Made by a program: the position numbers and the translations under genes
NCBI RefSeq assembly: GCF_902713615.1
Contig: NC_052170.1
Location: 2,604,001-2,668,000 of the forward strand
Length of the DNA stretch: 64,000 nucleotides
Reading direction: 5' to 3'
Origin: Scyliorhinus canicula
Taxonomy: Eukaryota
The notes under the pieces: generated by a model
Seen by the model: only the letters and a program-made list of their open reading frames with translations
Databases searched by the model: none
Told to the model about the DNA's origin: nothing
Shown here: piece after piece, positions 1 through 13,037 of the stretch
Layout: each line of letters opens with the position of its first letter
How positions within the stretch are numbered: position 1 is the stretch's first letter

Positions 1-1430
1 CCGCCCCAGCACCCAGCAACCCTCCCCAGCACCCAGCAACCCTCCCCAGCACCCAGCAACCCTCCCCAGCCCCAGCAACCCGCCCCAGCCCCCAGCAACC
101 CTCCCCACACCCAGCAACCTCCCCAGCACCCAGCAACCTGCCCCACACCCCAACCCCCCAGCACCCAGCAACCCTCCCCAGCACCCAGCAACCCTCCCCC
201 CCAGCAACCCTCCCCAGCACCCAGCAACCCTCCCCAGCACCCAGCAACCCTCCCCAGCCCCAGCAACCCGCCCCAGCAACCCTCCCCAGCATCCAGCAAC
301 CCTCCCCAGCACCCAGCAACCCACCCCAGCACCCAGCAACCCGCCCCAGCACCCAGCAACCCTCCCCAGCACCCAGCAACCCTCCCCAGCACCCAGCAAC
401 CCTCCCCAGCCCCAGCAACCCTCCCCAGCACCCAGCAACCCTCCCCAGCACCCAGCAACCCTCCCCAGCAACCCTCCCCAGCACCCAGCACCCCTTCCCA
501 GCACCCAGCAACCCTCCCCAGCACCCAGCAACCCTCCCCAGCACCCAGCAACCCTCCCCAGCACCCAGCAACCTGCCCCAGCACCCAGCAACCCTCCCCA
601 GCACCCCTTCCCAGCACCCAGCACCCCTCCCCAGCACCCCTTCCCAGCACCCAGCACCCCTCCCCAGCACCCAGCAACCCTCCCCAGCACCCAGCAACCC
701 TCCCCAGCACCCAGCACCCAGCAACCCTCCCCAGCACCCCTTCCCAGCACCCAGCACCCATCCCCAGCACCCAGCACCCCTCCCCAGCATACCTCCCCAG
801 CACCCAACAACCCTCCCCAGCACCCAGCACCCCTTCCCAGCACCCAGCACCCCTTCCCAGCACCCAGCACCCCTCCCCAGCACCCAGCAACCCTCCCCAG
901 CACCCAGCAACCCTCCCCAGCACCCAGCAACCCTCCCCAGCACCCAGCAACCCCCCCCCAGCACCCAGCAACCCTCCCCAGCACCCAGCAACCCGCCCCA
1001 GCACCCAGTAACCCTCCCCAGCACCCAACAACCCTCCCCACCACCCAGTAACCCTCCCCAGCACCCAACAACCCTCCCCACCACCCAGTAACCCTCCCCA
1101 GCACCCCTCCCCAGCACCCAGCACCCCTCCCCAGCACCCAGTAACCCTCCCCAGCACCCAACAACCCTCCCCACCACCCAGTAACCCTCCCCAGCACCCA
1201 ACAACCCTCCCCACCACCCAGTAACCCTCCCCAGCACCCCTCCCCAGCACCCAGCACCCCTCCCCAGCACCCAGCAACCCTCCCCAGCACCCAGCACCCA
1301 GCAACCTGCCCCAGCACCCAGCAACCCTCCCCAGCCCCCAGCAACCCTCCCCAGCACCCAGCAAGGGGCCCACACCAGCACCCAGCAAGGGGCCCACGCC
1401 AGCACCTAGCCCCAGCACCCAGGGGCCAGC
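1..1430. repeat. Minisatellite, ~20-bp unit CCCAGCACCCAGCAACCCTC
   Basis: Direct tandem periodicity. Confidence 0.95.
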
Positions 1431-1798
1431 ACCACTCCACATTCAAACTGATATACTGGTACTCTTCCGAATGAAAAAAGCTGAGGTTAAACATTCTCTG
1501 GTGTGTTTGTGAACTTACAAGAAGTAATTAAAATGTATTGTCAAAGCTGATGCCTGACTATGAGTGACTCATTTATTCTCAAGCTATCTCTGGTGACAGG
1601 CACAACATTTGGAAATCAGATGCTGGTAATCTGAAACAAAACGTGGAATATATTGGTCCCAGAGAGAGAAAACATTCCCAAAAAAACCTGGTGGCTAATT
1701 AATTACTTTTCCCAGTCTAGAAGCATCACAGCCAATTTTCACTCAGCAATATCCCCCAAACAGCGAAAAGAAATGGGCCATCTGATCGGTTTTAATAA

Positions 1799-2045
1799 TA
1801 GAACATAGAACATAACAGCGCAGTACAGGCCCTTCGGCCCTCGATGTGGCGCCGACCTGTGAAACCCCTCTAAAGTCCCTCTACACTATTCCCTTATCGT
1901 CCACATGCCTATCCAATGACCATTTGAATGCGTTTAGTGTTGGCGAGTCCACTACTGTTGCAGGCAGGGCATTCCACGCCCTTACTACTCTCTGAGTAAA
2001 CAACCTACCTCTGACATCTGTCCTATATCTATCTCCTCTCAATTT
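1799..2045 (-). mobile_element. CR1-type LINE 3' end fragment
   Basis: Reverse complement ends in ...GGGCCGAAGGGCCTGTACTGCGCTGTTATGTTCTATGTTCTA, a CR1-type tail. Confidence 0.75.
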
Positions 2046-2112
2046 AATCTTTATTATTTTGTCACAAATCAGCTTACATTAAACACAACAATGAAGTTAC
2101 TGAAAATTCTAC

Positions 2113-2232
2113 CTTCAGTGGGGGAGACATTGTTGGAAAGAATTCTGAGACACCAGGAATATTCTGCACTTGGGAGGAAAGGATTAATCAAGGATAGTCA
2201 GCATGGATTTGTCAAAGGGAGACCGTGTCTCA
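2113..2232 (+). mobile_element. CR1 RT fragment (GLIKDSQHGFVKGRPCLT)
   Basis: Characteristic CR1 ORF2 motif QHGFxKGRSCLT. Confidence 0.8.
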
Positions 2233-3910
2233 CACACTATCCCCAAACCCCCCACACACACACTATCCCCAACCCCCCACACACACACTATCCCCAAACC
2301 CCCCACACACACACTATCCCCAAACCCCCCACACACACACTATCCCAAACCCCCCACACACACACTATCCCCAAACCCCCACACACACACTATCCCCAAA
2401 CCCCCCACACACACACTATCCCCAAACCCCCCACACACACTATCCCCAAACCCCCCACACACACACTATCCCCAAACCCCCCCAAACACACTATCCCCAA
2501 TCCCCCCCAAACACACTATCCCCAAACCCCCCACACACACACTATCCCCAAACCCCCCACACACACACTATCCCCAAACCCCCCACACACACACTATCCC
2601 CAAACCCCCCCAAACACACTATCCCCAATCCCCCCCAAACACACTATCCCCAAACCCCCCACACACACACTATCCCCAAACCCCCCACACACACACTATC
2701 CCCAAACCCCCACACACACACTATCCCCAAACCCCCCACACACACTATCCCCAAACCCCCCACACACACACTATCCCCAAACCCCCCACACACACACTAT
2801 CCCCAAACCCCCCACACACACTGTCCCCTATCCCCAACCCCCCCACACACTGTCCCCTACCCCCACCCCCACTATCCCCAAACCCCCCACACACACACTA
2901 TCCCCAAACCCCCCACACACACTATCCCCAAACCCCCCACACACACACTATCCCCAAACCCCCCACACACACACTATCCCCAAACCCCCCCAAACACACT
3001 ATCCCCAATCCCCCCACACACACACTATCCCCAAACCCCCCACACACACACTATCCCCAAACCCCCCACACACACTATCCCCAAACCCCCCACACACACT
3101 ATCCCCAAACCCCCCACACACACTGTCCCCTATCCCCAATCCCCCCCACACACTGTCCCCTACCCCCACCCCCACTATCCCCAAACCCCCCACACACACT
3201 ATCCCCAAACCCCCCACACACACACTATCCCCAAACCCCCCACACACACACTATCCCCAAACCCCCCACACACACACTATCCCCAAACCCCCCACACACA
3301 CACTATCCCCAAACCCCCCACACACACTGTCCCCTATCCCCAATCCCCCCCACACACACACACTATCCCCAAACCCCCCACACACACACTATCCCCAAAC
3401 CCCCCACACACACACTATCCCCAAACCCCCCACACACACACTATCCCCAAACCCCCCACACACACACTATCCCCAAACCCCCCACACACACACTATCCCC
3501 AAACCCCCCACACACACACTATCCCCAAACCCCCCACACACACTGTCCCCTATCCCCAATCCCCCCCCCACACACACACTATCCCCAAACCCCCCACACA
3601 CACACTATCCCCAAACCCCCCACACACACACTATCCCCAAACCACCCCCACACACACACACTATCCCCAAACCCCCCACACACACACTATCCCCAAACCC
3701 CCCACACACACTGTCCCCTATCCCCAATCCCCCCACACACACTGTCCCCTATCCCCAATCCCCCCCACACACTGTCCCCTACCCCCACCCCCACTATCCC
3801 CAAACTCCCCACATACACTGTCCCCTATCCCCAATCGCCCCCCCCCCCCCCATCCCCTATCCCCCTCCCCACACACTATCCCTAATCCCTCCCCCCACCC
3901 ACACACACAC
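2230..3910. repeat. Minisatellite, ~23-25-bp unit CACACACTATCCCCAAACCCCCCA
   Basis: Tandem periodicity; explains the ORFs at 2091-3944. Confidence 0.95.
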
Positions 3911-4114
3911 AATCCGTAAACAGATTCAGGAGGCACCGTTCTAACCCAGAGATACACACATCCTATCCCCATAGACTGCAAACACAGAATCTCACGCCCA
4001 GAACAAAAGCTGGAATGCTGGAGATATGACATTTTTCAAAAACTCAGCTGGTCTGTGCAGCATCTGTGAAGGAAGACAGCGAGGTAACATTAGGAATGTA
4101 ATGTGATCCATCCA

Positions 4115-4230
4115 TCCCCACAATCAGACACACAATCCCCACAATCAGACACACAATCCCCACAATCCGACACACAATCCCCACAATCCGACACACAATC
4201 CCCACAATCAGACACACAATCCGACACACA
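4115..4230. repeat. Short 21-bp tandem repeat CCCCACAATC(A/C)GACACACAAT
   Basis: About 5 copies. Confidence 0.85.
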
Positions 4231-4438
4231 AACACTTCAAAGGTACACAGTCTGTTAGAATTGAATTCAGTGCCTCCCAGATTCTTAACAATCCCCAAAA
4301 ACGGTTCATCACCAACCTGAGCTCCCAACAACCTTTAAAAGAAACATTTGAAAGTTTCGATTGCTGGTGATCACAGGACTAACGCCGAGTTTTCCTGAGT
4401 TGCAGGTACACAGCCCGGGGGCGCCGGCTGAAACTTAC

Positions 4439-4740
4439 CGAGTGAAACTTACCGAGTGAAACTAACAAAAGGAAACTTCCAACTTTGCTGAAGTTTCCAA
4501 GCCCCCAGCTTTAATGTGTGAAGGTTTGATGAGATAGTTAGTTGGCTGCAGGCGGAGTTTCGAGGCTGACTCTCCAGCTCTTCCCTCCCTCCGTCTCTAG
4601 AGTTCTTGCCCCACCTCTAGCCCATAATTCCGATTGCAACACCTGAATCTTTGGTAACCTGAGAATACCCGAGAATAAGGTGGTTCCTCAAAGCCGGGGG
4701 AGCTCAGTCAGGAGAATCCCTCCCCTATTGGAAATCAAGT
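4439..4740 (-). promoter_or_regulatory. Candidate promoter and non-coding first exon of a - strand gene running off the left edge (possibly RAB3D)
   Basis: Two CG|GTAAGT donors at 4453 and 4439, local CpG cluster, CCAAT on the - strand at about 4727-4731. RAB3D lies downstream of TMEM205 in the same orientation in human. Confidence 0.4.
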
Positions 4741-5149
4741 AGCTCCTCAATCTTCAATCTTCACAAAAAGTCACCCACAATTGTTGCAAATCCCGACGTT
4801 TATCTTGTAAATACACTAATCCAAAACTACTTTAATTTGTTTCGAAACTAAAAGAATCGATATAAATGTAGGGATAAATTTAAGGCTCTCAAAGACGCTG
4901 TAAATATATTACTAAATGTTTGTGCACATTGAGGGAGCTCAGCATTTGCCCAATAACATTCCAATTTTGGAAAGTTTTTGGTGTGTCTGTGCGTGGCCGC
5001 TCCAGTTACAGGTTTACCACAGGAATAATCCATGTGAACAATTGTTAACCCTTTCCAACTCAGTCTACATCTCAACTGCTTCTTAAATGACCAGATTACT
5101 GTGGGTGCAGAAGTCCATTCAGCCCATCTATCTCTCTTACCTTCCCAGT

Positions 5150-5390
5150 TGTGGTGATATGATTTGCATACCTGTCTGCCATTGGGGCCGAACACCGGCT
5201 TACCATTGGCCCTGGTCGGTCATGTGCCTCTCGACTGATTGGTCGAGAGGCTGAGTTAACCAGAGGTATAAATAGTCAAACACCCGGCGGTGGTCCAGTT
5301 TATTGTAGACGACCGCAGGGCTAAGTTCTAGTTTATTAAAGCCTAACTTTTGTAAAACAACTCGTCTCTCGTACAATTGATGGCCCATCA
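5150..5390 (+). mobile_element. Solo LTR with 5-bp TSD CCAGT
   Basis: TG...CA ends, TATAAATA and ATTAAA inside, CCAGT on both sides. Homologous to 9196-9481. Confidence 0.85.
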
Positions 5391-5653
5391 CCAGTACAAC
5401 ACTAAAATGATTCCAGGGTTTTCGCCTTCCATAACTCTAACTGAAAACTCATTCTTCATGTGGTTAATCACTGCTTGTGTGAAGGATTTTCTGATAGTAA
5501 CCTTTCTCCTCTTTGAACCCGAGTTTCCTTCTCTCATTGGTGCAGTTTTACTCGAAGCAGAGCTGGATTTAATCTTTCTGGGCCACACAGGGCTCCTATT
5601 TTCAAACTTTCTCCAATCACAACTTAATCTTTCACATCAACATTTCAATGATT

Positions 5654-5867
5654 AGGGCCACACGGTGATTAGGACTGCTACCTCATGGCACCAAGGTCCC
5701 AGGTTCGATCCTGGCTCTGGGTCACTGTCAGTGAGGAGTTTGCACATTCTCCCCATGTTTGCGTGGGTTTCACCCCCACAACCCAAAGATGTGCAGAGTA
5801 TTGGCCATGCCAAATTGCCCCTTAATTGGAAAAAGTGAATTGGGCACTCTAAATTTATTTTTAAAAG
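5654..5867 (+). mobile_element. Short poly(A)-type V-SINE with TSD CATTTCAATGAT
   Basis: tRNA-like head, V-domain, A/T tail, 12-bp TSD. Confidence 0.85.
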
Positions 5868-6231
5868 CATTTCAATGATCAAATCGTGACACAATCTCCT
5901 ACGAAAAGGAAAAAGTATTTTCTCCTAATCTTTCTTTGAGTCTCCTAGTTTCACGAGCTATACACAGTCTCCCATTGTGATCAACTGTTAATCTCCCAAA
6001 GTAGCAATTTTGGCACAAAAACTCCACAGTTTTGATCTGCGGATTTTCACCAACTGGAAACTAAATTCAGGCTCTTTCAACAGAGAAAGGGTACACGATC
6101 AGAAACTGCTGGAGAAACTTGAGGTGTAGCAGCACCTGTGGAGAGAGATGCAGAGTTAACATTTTGAGTCCAATATGCCTTCTTAGGATCCAATAATATA
6201 AAACAGTTCCAATCAGCCTGGGCTGGATTAG

Positions 6232-6825
6232 GGGGAGGCAGTGGTATTGCCACTGGACTAGTAATTTCGAGACCCAGGGCAATGCTTTGGAGACCAGGGT
6301 TCAAATCCCACCACGGCAGATGGTGACATTTGAATTAATTAAACATCTGGAATTGTGGGCGACACGGTGGCGCAGTGGTTAGCACTGTGGCCTCACGGCT
6401 CCGAGGACCCAGGTTCAATCCCGGCCCTGGGTCACTGTCCGTGTGGAGTTTGCACATTCTCCCTGTGTCTGCGTGGGTCTCACCCCCACAACCCAAAGAT
6501 GTGCAGGGCAGGTGGATTGGCCATGCTAAATTGCCCCTTAATTGGAAGAAAAAGAATTGGGTACTCTAAATTAAAAAAGAATCTGGAATTGAAAGTCTAA
6601 TAATGACCACAAAACCATTGTCAATTGTTGTAAAAACCCATCTCGTTCACTAATACGGTTCAGGGAAGAAAATCTGCCATCCGTACCTGGTCTGACCTAC
6701 ATGTGACTCCAGATCCACGGCAACGTGGCTGACTCTTAAATGGCTACTCAGTTCAAGGGCAATGGAGATGGGCAATAAATGCCAATCCAGCCAACAACAC
6801 CCACAACCCAGGAATGAATTTATTT
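6232..6825 (+). mobile_element. tRNA-derived SINE with LINE-like tail, interrupted by a short V-SINE at 6357-6580 (TSD ATCTGGAATTG)
   Basis: B-box GGTTCAAATCC; tail GATGGGCAATAAATGC shared with the LINE at 6993-7610; second copy at 17078-17345. Confidence 0.8.
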
Positions 6826-6992
6826 TTATGTGAAAAGACAATATTTTCATCTTCCTTACATTTAGTCTGTAGGTTCCTTCAGAACTGATCCTTATAATTC
6901 ATGTTGCAATAGGTATGACAGAAAAAATGTCATACCAGCTGTAAAATAAAGAACTCCGGTTTCATTGTTTAATGATCCCTCCCATCTCTGTA

Positions 6993-7535
6993 TTTTTTTC
7001 ACGGGATGTGGGCGTCGCTGGTTAGGCTGACATTTATTACCCATCCCCAATCACTCGAGAAGGTGGTGGTGAGCTGGCTTCTTGAACCGCTGCATTCCTT
7101 GTGGTGTAGGTACATCCACTGTGCTGTTAGGGAGGGAGCTCCAGGATGTTGCCCCAGTGACAGCAAAGGAACGACCGATATATTTCCAAGTCAGGGTGGT
7201 GAGTGACTTGGAGGGGAACCTCCAGGTGGTGGGGTTCCCAGGTATCTGCTGCTCTTGTCCTTCTAGATGGTAGTGGTGGTAGGTTTGGAAAGTGCTATCG
7301 AGGGAACCTTGGCGAGTTACTGCAGTGCATCTTGTAGATGGTACACATGATTGCCAGTCTTCGGCGGTGGTGGAGGGTTTGAATGTTTGTGGAAGGGGGA
7401 GCCATCAGGTGGGCTGCTTTGTCCTTGATGGTGTCGAGTTTCTTAAGTGTTGTTGGCGCTGCGTTCATCCAGACAAGTGGAGAGTATTCCATTAGACTCC
7501 TGACGTGTGCCTTGTTTGTGATGGACAGGATTGCA

Positions 7536-7568
<33 letters not shown>

Positions 7569-7610
7569 GTGCGGGAGGTGAGTTACTCACTGTAGGATTC
7601 CTAGCCTTTT
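6993..7610 (-). mobile_element. CR1/L2-group LINE 3' fragment (MEYSPLVWMNAAPTTLKKLDTIKDKAAHL)
   Basis: C-terminal ORF2-like translation plus 3' tail. Confidence 0.8.
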
Positions 7611-7772
7611 GACATGGACAGAGGAGTTTGTCATTATCATGAACTTTTTTATCATGATGTTAAAGTAGGTGGGACAATGAAGCACTTCCTGCATCAGTCT
7701 CAATTGTACAACACCTTCAGTGTGGATGAAAAAAGTCCCAGCTTGCTCCAGAGGCATAAGAACAGAAAAGGT

Positions 7773-8052
7773 GGACAGCACGGTGGCACAATGGTTAGCA
7801 CTGCTGCCTCACAGAGCCAGGCACCTGGGTTTGATTCCGGCTTTGGGTGACTGTGTGGAGTTTGCATGTTCTCCCCATGTCAGCGCAGATTTCCTCCGGG
7901 TGCTTCGGTTTCTTCCCATAGTCCAAAGATGTGCAGATTACGTGGGCTTACGGCACTGGGAAGGGTGTGGGCCTAGGTAAGGTGCTCTCTTGGAGGGTCA
8001 TGCAGACTTGATGGACAGAATAGCCTCCTTCTGCACTGTAGGGAGTCTATGG
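7773..8052 (+). mobile_element. Long V-SINE (HE1-like) with CR1-type tail
   Basis: tRNA head, V-domain, tail GCCTCCTTCTGCACTGTA...CTATG. Confidence 0.8.
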
Positions 8053-8318
8053 AACAGGAGCAAAGATTTAGTCAAAATGAAGGCGAAGAGTGTAGTGGTT
8101 GTTTCCAGACAGAAATTCTAGAGTGTAAGGAGTTACAATGGCTAGAGAAGGGGGTTCTCAAGAAGGCAGCGTTAGAGGAATAGAGTTTGGGAAGGGGTGA
8201 ATGTTGTTGGTATTTAAGTTACAAAGATCTTAGGGGCAAGGCCATGCACTGATTTAATTAACCAATTAAGAATTTAAAATTGGAGCTGTCAGACTGCAAG
8301 GCAATGGAGGTAAACAAG

Positions 8319-8545
8319 TGCAGCACAGTGGCACAGTGGCTAGCACTGCTGCTTCACTGCGCCGGGGACCGGGTTTGATCCCGGCTCTGGGTCACTGTCC
8401 GTGTGGAGTTTGCACATTCTCCCTGTGTCTGCGTGGGTCTCACCCCCACAACCCAAAGATGTGCAGGTTAGGTGGATTGGCCACGCTAAATTGCCCCTTA
8501 ATTGGAAAATAAATCATTGGGTACTCAAAATTTATTGTAAAAAAA
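8319..8545 (+). mobile_element. Short poly(A)-type V-SINE
   Basis: Matches the family consensus seen at 14031 and 23515. Confidence 0.8.
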
Positions 8546-9195
8546 GAAATGCTGCTCCATTGGGACTTGGTGTGATATGATACAAGCACTAGAGTTATTG
8601 AGCTGAATAGCACAAATGGTAAATGATGGGCTTTCAAACAGTGGCGTCTGAACCTGATAAAAACATGGATGAAAGTTTCAGTAGAATGCAGAGGTAGAAG
8701 CAGAGATCAGTAATGTTGTGGGGCATGTGACTTTTCTGATCAGGAAAATATGGGAGCAAAAACTCAATGATGAGAATCATGGGGAAGGATTTGGGTCGTT
8801 CCTTTGCTGTCGCTGGGGCAAAATCCTGGAGCTCCCTCCCTAACAGCACAGTGGATATACCTACACCACAAGATATTGATGGAAATGGACAAGGATCGGG
8901 AAGTTGGAGATGGAGCAGTGTTTTCCTAGGAAGGGGGCTGAGGATGTTTTTTTCTTGAGGAGGGGTCTGATGACACCATTTCTTTAGAATATGCAGCATG
9001 TGACTTTTAATCAGATTCATTCTTCCCAGCGCAAACACCAAAACATTCCATAAAGATCCACAAAGATGTGGCCAGGGAGAGGTGGCTCAGAAAACCCTGA
9101 TCAGACCTTGGTGATCATGTGTTTCTGAGAATGGTTCGTATTTATGTGGGTGTGGCCCCCCTCCCCCCCCGGCTTCTTTCTCCGCAAGGGGTGAA

Positions 9196-9481
9196 TGTGG
9201 TGGTATGATTTGCATAGCTGTCTGCCATTGGTGCAGAACACTGGCTTACCATTGGCCCTGGTCGGTCATGTGCCTCTCGACCGATTGGTTGAGACCAGTC
9301 ATGTGACAGCTCCCCGATTGGTCGAGAGGCTGAGTTAATCCCGCCTCCAGAGCGAGGTATAAATACCCAGAACGCCCAGCGGTCGTCCATTTACTGTAGT
9401 CGACTGCGGGGCTAACTTCTAGCTTATTAAAGCTTAACTTTTGTACAGCAACTCGTCTCGCATTCGATTGATGGTTCATCA
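9196..9481 (+). mobile_element. LTR of the same family, preceded by a PPT-like tract (AAGGGGTGAA); likely the 3' LTR of a truncated element
   Basis: Aligns to 5150-5390, TG...CA ends, no matching TSD. Confidence 0.75.
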
Positions 9482-10509
9482 GTTGGGCAAGGTACCAGTT
9501 GTTTGTCCTTTGTGCAGATTGTGGAACTACCTCAGCTAAATACAACATGCCTAAAATTCTTACCCACAGGGTTTGTCCAATATTGACAGCTGTAACCACA
9601 AACATAAACTCAGTGATTGACTCCGACACACAGACTTATTGGCTCAATGTACACACATTTCTGTAGTTTTCCGACTGAGCGGAACATGCGACTGGGGAAT
9701 GGATAGGGGCTATTCTCCACCTTATCATAATCCCCTCACCCACCAAACCCTCCTCTCACCCTCAGTCAGCCCCACCCTCACCAATCCCCTCACCCACACT
9801 CAACCCCACCCTCATCCACAAAACTCTCCTCTCACTGCACCCAACTTCACTCAACCCCACCCTCACCAATCCCCTCACCCACTCACCCAACCCCCTCATC
9901 CGCCAACCCTCTGACACCTCCCCGCATTCAGGTCTAACTTCACTTAATCACCTTGTCATCATGTGTGATGCCTTCAAAACACCAAAACATATATATTGAT
10001 TCATTTGGACAAGCAACAGAAAATGTGTTTGACTTCGGACAAGCAACAGAAAATGTGTTTGACATCTCTGCTCTCACCCACTAGCACTGAGATCAGCTAT
10101 AGTCCCAGCTCTCTCCTGACTGACAGCAGCACTAACCTGGGCTTTTCTGCCTCACCCACTCTCTGTCTAATCCCATTAAGAAAGTGTGGTAATAGTGAAG
10201 GACAATATGTGAAAAGCTGTGACTGGACAATCTGTGATTAAGCAGAATTATTGTTGCTGCACAGAATAAATCAAAAATTCCTCATCAAATGTGTCAGCTT
10301 CAAGATTTTCAATTAGCCATTTAATTCACAATTCTGCAGATCACATCAGTGGGAAGAGATGAGAAATTGAGCGTTTTCTTGTGACTTTCTTGTGACAGAA
10401 AAAAAGTAAAAACATTTCAGCAAGAAATCAATGACTGTCACTGACACGTAGCAAGTCTGAAGATAGCATGTTCAGCAAAGACTGCCATGTCAGAACAGAT
10501 CAGCCAGAT

Positions 10510-10681
10510 AGATACTCTGTCCCATACTCTCTCCCATAGGTACACTCTCCCATAAATACTCTCCTATAGGTGCTCTCCCATAGATGCACTCTCCCATAGA
10601 TGCACTCTCCCATAGATGCACTCTCCCATAGGTACACTCTCCCACAGGTACACTCTCCCACAGGTACACTCTCCCACAGGT
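10510..10681. repeat. ~19-bp repeat TACACTCTCCCATAG(G/A); continues at ~15590-15660 and ~16595-16640 after insertions
   Basis: Tandem units on both sides of the CR1 and LTR insertions. Confidence 0.7.
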
Positions 10682-13037
10682 ACATAAGAACTAGGAGCAG
10701 GAGTCGGCCATCTGGCCCCTCGAGCCTGCTCCGCCATTCAATGAGATCATGGCTGATCTTTTGTGGACTCAGCTCCACTTTCTGACCCGAACACCATAAC
10801 CCTTAATTCTTCAAAAAACTATCTATCTATATCTTAAAAACATTTAATGAAGGAGCCTCAACTGCTTCACTGGGCAAGGAATTCCATAGATTCACAACCC
10901 TTTGGGTGAAGAGGTTCCTCCTCAACTCAGTCCTAAATCTACTTCCCCTTATTTTGTGGCTATGCCCCCAAGTTCTGCTTTCACCCGCCAATGGAAACAA
11001 CCTGCCCACATCTATCCTATCTATTCCCTTCATAATATTATATGTTTCTATAAGATCCCCCAAGTACAGTCCCAGTCTACTCAACCTCTCCTCGTAATCA
11101 ACCCCTTCAGCTCTGGGATTAACCTAGTGAATCTCCTCTGCACACCCTCCAGCGCCAGTACGTTCTTTCTCAGGTAAGGAGACCAAAACTGAACACAATA
11201 CTCCAGGTGTGGCCTCACTAACACCTTATACAATTGCAGCATAACCTCCCTAGTCTTAAACTCCATCCCTCTAGCAATGAAGGACAAAATTCCATTTGCC
11301 TTCTTAATCACCTGTTGCACCTGTAAACCAACCTTCTGTGACTCATGCACTAGCACATCCAGGTCTCTCTGCACAGCAGCATGTTTTAATATTTTATCAT
11401 TTAAATAATAATCCCTTTTGCTGTTATTCCGACCAAAATGGATAACCTCACATTTGTCAACATTGTATTCCATCTGCCAGACCCTAGCCCATTCACTTAA
11501 CCTATCTAAATCCCTCTGCTGACTTCCAGTATCCTCTGCACTTTTTGCTTTACCACTCATCTTAGTGTCATCTGCAAACTTGACACATTGCACTTGGTCC
11601 CCAACTCCAAATCATCTATGTAAATTGTGAACAATTGTGGGCCCAACACTGATCCCTGAGGGACACCACTAGCTACTGATTGCCAACCAGAGAAACACCC
11701 ATTAATCCCCACTCTTTGCTTTCTATTAATTAACCAATCCTCTATCCATGCTACTACTTTACCCTTAATGCCATGCATCTTTATCTTATGCAGCAACCTT
11801 TTGTGTGGCACCTTGTCAAAGACTTTCTGGAAATCCAGATATACCACATCCATTGGTTCCCCATTGTCTACCGCACTGGTAATGTCCTCAAAAAATTCTA
11901 GTAAATTAGTTAGGCATGACCTGCCCTTTATGAACTCATACTGCGTCTGCCCAATGGGACAATTTCCATCCAGATGCCTCGCTATTTCTTCCTTGATGAT
12001 AGATTCCAGCATCTTCCCTACTACCAAAGTTAAGCTCACTGGCCTATAATTACCCGCTTTCTGCCTACCTCCTTTTTTAAACAGTGGTGTCACGTTTGCC
12101 AATTTCCAATCCGCCGGGACCAGGGCCAGGAGACTTGTCTACCTTTAGCCCCATTAGCTTGCCCATCACTAACTCCTTAGTGATAGCAATCATCTCAAGG
12201 TCCTCATCTGTCATAGCCTAATTTCTATCAGTCACTGGCTTGTTATTTGTGTCTTCCACTGTGAAGAGCGACCCAAAAAACCTGTTCAGTTCCTCAGCCA
12301 TTTCTTCATCTCCCATTATTAAATCTCCCTTCTCATCCTCCAAAGGACCAATATTTACCTTAGCCACTCTTTTTTGTTTTATATATTTGTAGAAATTTAG
12401 TGATGTTTTTATATTCTGAGCAAGATTACTCTCATAATCTATCTTACTCTTCTTTATAGCTTTTTTTAGTAGCTTTCTGTTCCCTTCTAAAGATTTCCCA
12501 GTCCTCTAGTCTCCTACTAATCTTTGCCACTTTGTATGCTTTTTCCTTCAATTTGATACTCTCCCTCATTTCCTTAGATAGCCAAGGTCGATTTTCCCTC
12601 TTTCTACCGTCCTTCCTTTTTGTTGGTATAAACCTTTGCTGAGCACTGTGAAAAATCGTTTGGAAGGTTCTCCACTGTTTCACCATAAAGTATTTGCTCC
12701 CAGTCTACCTTAGCTAGCTCTTCTCTCATCGCATTGTAATCTTCTTTGTTTAAGCACAAAACACTAGTGTTTGATTTTACCTTCTCACCCTCCATCTGTA
12801 TTTTAAATTCCACCATATTGTGATCGCTCCTCCCGAGAGGATCCCTAACTATGAGATCATGAATCAATCCTGTCTCATTACACAGGACCAGATCTAGGAC
12901 CGCTTGTTCCCTCGTAGGTTCCATTACATACTGGTCTAGGAAATTACCGCCGATACATTCTATAAACTCCTCCTCAAGGCTGCCTTGACCGATCTGGTTA
13001 AACCAATTGACATGTAGATTAAAATCCCCCATGATAA

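Noticed and set aside
2091-3944. 560-617 aa Pro/His/Thr-rich ORFs
   Set aside because: Open in all three frames because the minisatellite lacks stop codons; the N-terminus is a CR1 fragment.
5150-9481. Two similar LTRs as ends of one full element
   Set aside because: The left LTR has its own TSD on both sides and the intervening DNA has no gag/pol.
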